Below, one piece after another: positions 60,972 through 64,000 of a DNA stretch of 64,000 nt. Source of the stretch: Actinomycetota bacterium. GTDB lineage: Bacteria > Actinomycetota > Actinomycetes > S36-B12 > UBA5976. The position numbers were made by a program, and so were the translations under genes. The notes below the pieces were generated by a model that saw only the letters and a program-made list of their open reading frames with translations, did not search any database and was not told the origin of the DNA. Position 1 is the stretch's first letter; each line of letters opens with the position of its first letter. The stretch spans positions 18,255 through 82,254 of the forward strand of contig JBJOGR010000009.1 in assembly GCA_046048135.1 (NCBI GenBank), written 5' to 3'.

Positions 60972-63878
60972 CTACCCAACTTTTTTAGAAGTTTTTTTCA
61001 ACATGGGAGCTAAATATTTACCTGTATAACTATTACTTATTTTTGCAATCTGCTCCGGAGTGCCTTGGGCAACAACGGTGCCCCCGCGAAAACCACCTTC
61101 TGGCCCCATATCGATTACCCAATCAGAATTTTTTATCACATCCAAATTGTGTTCAATGACGATAACTGTATTTCCGGTATCTACTAAACGCTCTAAAACC
61201 AATAAAAGTTTTCTAACATCTTCAAAATGAAGCCCAGTAGTAGGTTCATCTAATACATAAATTGTTCTTCCGGTACTTCTTCTTTGAAGCTCAGTGGCAA
61301 GTTTTACTCTTTGAGCCTCTCCCCCTGAGAGAGTTGGTGCAGATTGACCTAATCTGACATAACCCAGTCCAACATCTACTAATGTTTTTAAATTTCTAGC
61401 AATTGCAGGAACTGATTCAAAAAACTGTAAAGCTTCTTCAATTGGCATATTCAAAACATCACTAATTGTTTTGCCTTTGTAATGAACTTCTAAAGTATCT
61501 CTGTTATATCTGGCCCCTTCGCAAACTTCACAAGGAACATAAACATCAGGTAAAAAGTTCATCTCAATTTGAATAGTCCCGTCACCTGAACAAGATTCAC
61601 ATCTTCCGCCTTTTACGTTAAAACTAAATCGTCCAGGTTGATACCCCCTAATTTTTGCCTCAGTAGTCTCTGCAAAAAGTTTTCTAATGTTGTCAAAAAC
61701 ACCTGTGTATGTAGCGGGATTACTTCTTGGTGTTCGACCGATAGGACTTTGATCAACATGGACAACTTTGTCCAAGAGTTTTATACCTTCAACTTTTTTA
61801 TGTTTTCCAGGCACAATCCTTGCTTGATGTAGATCTCTTGCTAGAGATGAATACAAAATGTCATTTACTAATGTTGATTTACCAGATCCACTAACACCTG
61901 TAACAGCTACAAAAACTCCTAGCGGAAATTCAACAGTTATTTTCTTTAAGTTATTTTCTTCTGCCTCTACAACTTTAATTATTCTGGAAGGATCAATTTT
62001 TCTTCTATTTTTAGGAATAACCACTTCTTTGCGACCGGATATGTAATCACCAGTTATTGATTTATTATTTTTTTCTAAATCTTGAACAGTGCCTGATGAA
62101 ACTACAAATCCACCATGTTCACCTGCTCCTGGTCCTATATCTACAACCCAGTCTGCAGCTCTAATTGTCTCTTCATCATGTTCGACTACGATTAAAGTGT
62201 TTCCAAGATTTCTTAATCTGATTAAAGTGTCAATTAATTTTTTATTGTCTCTTTGATGAAGACCAATACTTGGTTCATCCAGAACATATAAAACTCCTAC
62301 TAAGCCAGAACCAATTTGAGTCGCTAAACGAATTCTTTGAGCTTCTCCACCAGACAAAGTTCCTGCTGCTCTATCTAGGCTTAAATAATCAAGACCTACA
62401 TCTAAAAGAAATTGTAATCTTTCCAATACTTCTTTTAAGACTCTTTGAGCAATAGCCATTTCTCTTGCTCCAAGTTTTAATTCTGAAATAAATTTTGTAA
62501 TTTCACCAATTGACATGGCACTTAATTCCGCAATATTTCTACTACCAATTTTTACCGCTAAAGAAACAGGTTTTAATCTTGCGCCTTTACAGCTTTTACA
62601 AGGTTTTTGACGCATGTATCCTTCAAGATGCTCTCTGGCAGCATCTGAGTCAGATTTTTCATGTCTCCATTGAATATTTTCAATTACTCCTTCAAACTCA
62701 GTCCAATATGAACGTTGTCTTCCATATGAATTCTTGTATTTAACATTTATGTTGCTTTCATAGCCATATAAAAGTGCATCTTTTACTTTTTCAGATAATT
62801 TTCTATATGGAGTATCTAAACTAAACTTCAAATCTTTCGCAACAGCCTCAAGTAATCTTGCCCAATATCCATCAGCGGATGAATTTGCCCAAGGTGCGAT
62901 AGCCCCTTCTGAAATTGATAAATCTTTATTTGGGATAACTAATTCTTCATCCACTTCTAAATGACTTCCCAAACCACTACATTCAGGACATGCGCCAAAG
63001 GGTGAATTAAATGAAAAACTTCTTGGTTCTAATTGGTCAAATGATATTCCACATTTTGTACAAGCAAGATGTTCTGAATAAACTCTTTCTTTATTTTTAG
63101 ATTTAGTGTCTTCATCGACAAAATGTAAAATAACAGTTCCATTTGCTAGTTTTAAAGCTGTTTCAACAGAATCAGTAATTCTTTGTCTAGATTCAGCTTT
63201 AACACTTAATCTATCTACTACAACTTCAATATTATGTTTTTCTTGTTTCTTTAGAGTAGGCACTTCAGTTAAAGGATATGTAGTGCCATCTACTCTTGCT
63301 CTTGAAAATCCTTGAGTTTGAAGTTCTTTAAATAAATCTTGATACTCGCCTTTTCGACCAGAAATAACTGGAGCAAGAACTTGAAATTTTGTTCCTGTAC
63401 TTAATTCCAAAACTTGATCGACGATTTGCTGAGGACTTTGTCGATGAATCACGTCACCACATTTTGGACAATGCGGAGTGCCTGCTCGAGCAAATAAAAG
63501 TCTTAGATAATCATGAACTTCAGTTATCGTTCCAACTGTGGATCTTGGATTTCTATTTGTTGATTTTTGATCTATAGAAACAGCAGGTGAAAGTCCTTCA
63601 ATGAAATCAACATCTGGTTTATCCATTTGACCCAGAAATTGTCTTGCATAGGCAGAAAGACTTTCGACATAACGACGTTGACCTTCAGCAAAAATTGTGT
63701 CAAAAGCAAGGGATGATTTACCTGAACCTGATAATCCTGTAAAAACAATTAGTGAATCTCTAGGCAATTCCAGAGAAACATCTTTTAGATTATGCTCTCG
63801 AGCACCCCTAACAATCAATTTATCGGCAACTAAAGTGCCGTGGCGCTTAGTTTCTGTTTTGGAATTGGTCGAAGTCAC
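60972..63878 (-). CDS. uvrA: Excinuclease ABC subunit A
   Basis: GAREHNLK, two Walker A motifs ([18 protein letters not shown]), two LSGGEAQR, zinc fingers. Confidence 0.98.
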   Translation of the reverse strand: MTSTNSKTETKRHGTLVADKLIVRGAREHNLKDVSLELPRDSLIVFTGLSGSGKSSLAFDTIFAEGQRRYVESLSAYARQFLGQMDKPDVDFIEGLSPAVSIDQKSTNRNPRSTVGTITEVHDYLRLLFARAGTPHCPKCGDVIHRQSPQQIVDQVLELSTGTKFQVLAPVISGRKGEYQDLFKELQTQGFSRARVDGTTYPLTEVPTLKKQEKHNIEVVVDRLSVKAESRQRITDSVETALKLANGTVILHFVDEDTKSKNKERVYSEHLACTKCGISFDQLEPRSFSFNSPFGACPECSGLGSHLEVDEELVIPNKDLSISEGAIAPWANSSADGYWARLLEAVAKDLKFSLDTPYRKLSEKVKDALLYGYESNINVKYKNSYGRQRSYWTEFEGVIENIQWRHEKSDSDAAREHLEGYMRQKPCKSCKGARLKPVSLAVKIGSRNIAELSAMSIGEITKFISELKLGAREMAIAQRVLKEVLERLQFLLDVGLDYLSLDRAAGTLSGGEAQRIRLATQIGSGLVGVLYVLDEPSIGLHQRDNKKLIDTLIRLRNLGNTLIVVEHDEETIRAADWVVDIGPGAGEHGGFVVSSGTVQDLEKNNKSITGDYISGRKEVVIPKNRRKIDPSRIIKVVEAEENNLKKITVEFPLGVFVAVTGVSGSGKSTLVNDILYSSLARDLHQARIVPGKHKKVEGIKLLDKVVHVDQSPIGRTPRSNPATYTGVFDNIRKLFAETTEAKIRGYQPGRFSFNVKGGRCESCSGDGTIQIEMNFLPDVYVPCEVCEGARYNRDTLEVHYKGKTISDVLNMPIEEALQFFESVPAIARNLKTLVDVGLGYVRLGQSAPTLSGGEAQRVKLATELQRRSTGRTIYVLDEPTTGLHFEDVRKLLLVLERLVDTGNTVIVIEHNLDVIKNSDWVIDMGPEGGFRGGTVVAQGTPEQIAKISNSYTGKYLAPMLKKTSKKVG

Positions 63879-63912
63879 TTAGTAAACACTAATACTGAAA
63901 TCAAAATCTTGC

Positions 63913-64000
63913 CTACTCAACTCCAGGATGATCTCTCTTTATATCAGCAATTGCTGAGCCAGAATTATCACTTCCAGGTCGATGAGCAAGTTCTGGATGT
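63913..64000 (-). CDS. Possible 3' end of an unidentified CDS (partial)
   Basis: An open frame from the window edge reads HPELAHRPGSDNSGSAIADIKRDHPGVE*; too short to assign. Confidence 0.35.
   Translation of the reverse strand, partial: HPELAHRPGSDNSGSAIADIKRDHPGVE

Noticed and set aside
63879-63900. PafBC-like TTTCAG-N10-TACTAA upstream of uvrA (minus strand)
   Set aside because: It mismatches both the -26 element and the invariant final T, and it abuts the start codon; TAGTGT 7 nt upstream fits better. PafBC control is not excluded but is not supported.

Overview
This 64 kb window is core chromosome from a very AT-rich (roughly one-third GC by eye, not computed), streamlined actinobacterium; the gene content and compaction resemble planktonic Nanopelagicales-like lineages (inference). 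In order it holds: the 3' end of der; the Rv1822-Rv1832-type cluster (pgsA2, two DUF881 genes, sbp, gcvH, garA, two MerR regulators, DUF151, gcvP); ppm1/lnt; an Xaa-Pro peptidase, a 5'-3' exonuclease and helY; a complete Pup-proteasome locus (arc, dop, pup, prcBA, pafABC); trmI; a RecB-family nuclease; the mshC neighbourhood with pgi inserted; tRNA-Leu(GAG); VKOR; fabG/fabI; a full suf operon; ctaA/ctaB; tkt; an RbpA paralog; secG-tpiA-pgk-gap; whiA; rapZ; uvrC and uvrA. I saw no mobile elements, CRISPR arrays or defence islands, and I cannot claim a wholly new multi-gene system. The most interesting signals are regulatory and evolutionary. (1) Shared non-coding motifs link garA-ftsR, the Rv1830/McdR-like MerR gene and whiA into a candidate cell-division circuit. 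(2) A PafBC-type promoter sits in front of the RecB-family nuclease. (3) Leaderless promoters are pervasive. (4) Normally syntenic genes are cleanly absent (tatAC, yvcK, metH, tal-zwf-opcA-pgl, ppm1-linked rbpA, the glycine riboswitch). (5) An ATP-grasp ligase is coupled to heme O synthase. (6) Uncharacterised conserved modules have been retained despite streamlining. All family assignments come from recognising motifs and synteny, not from database searches.
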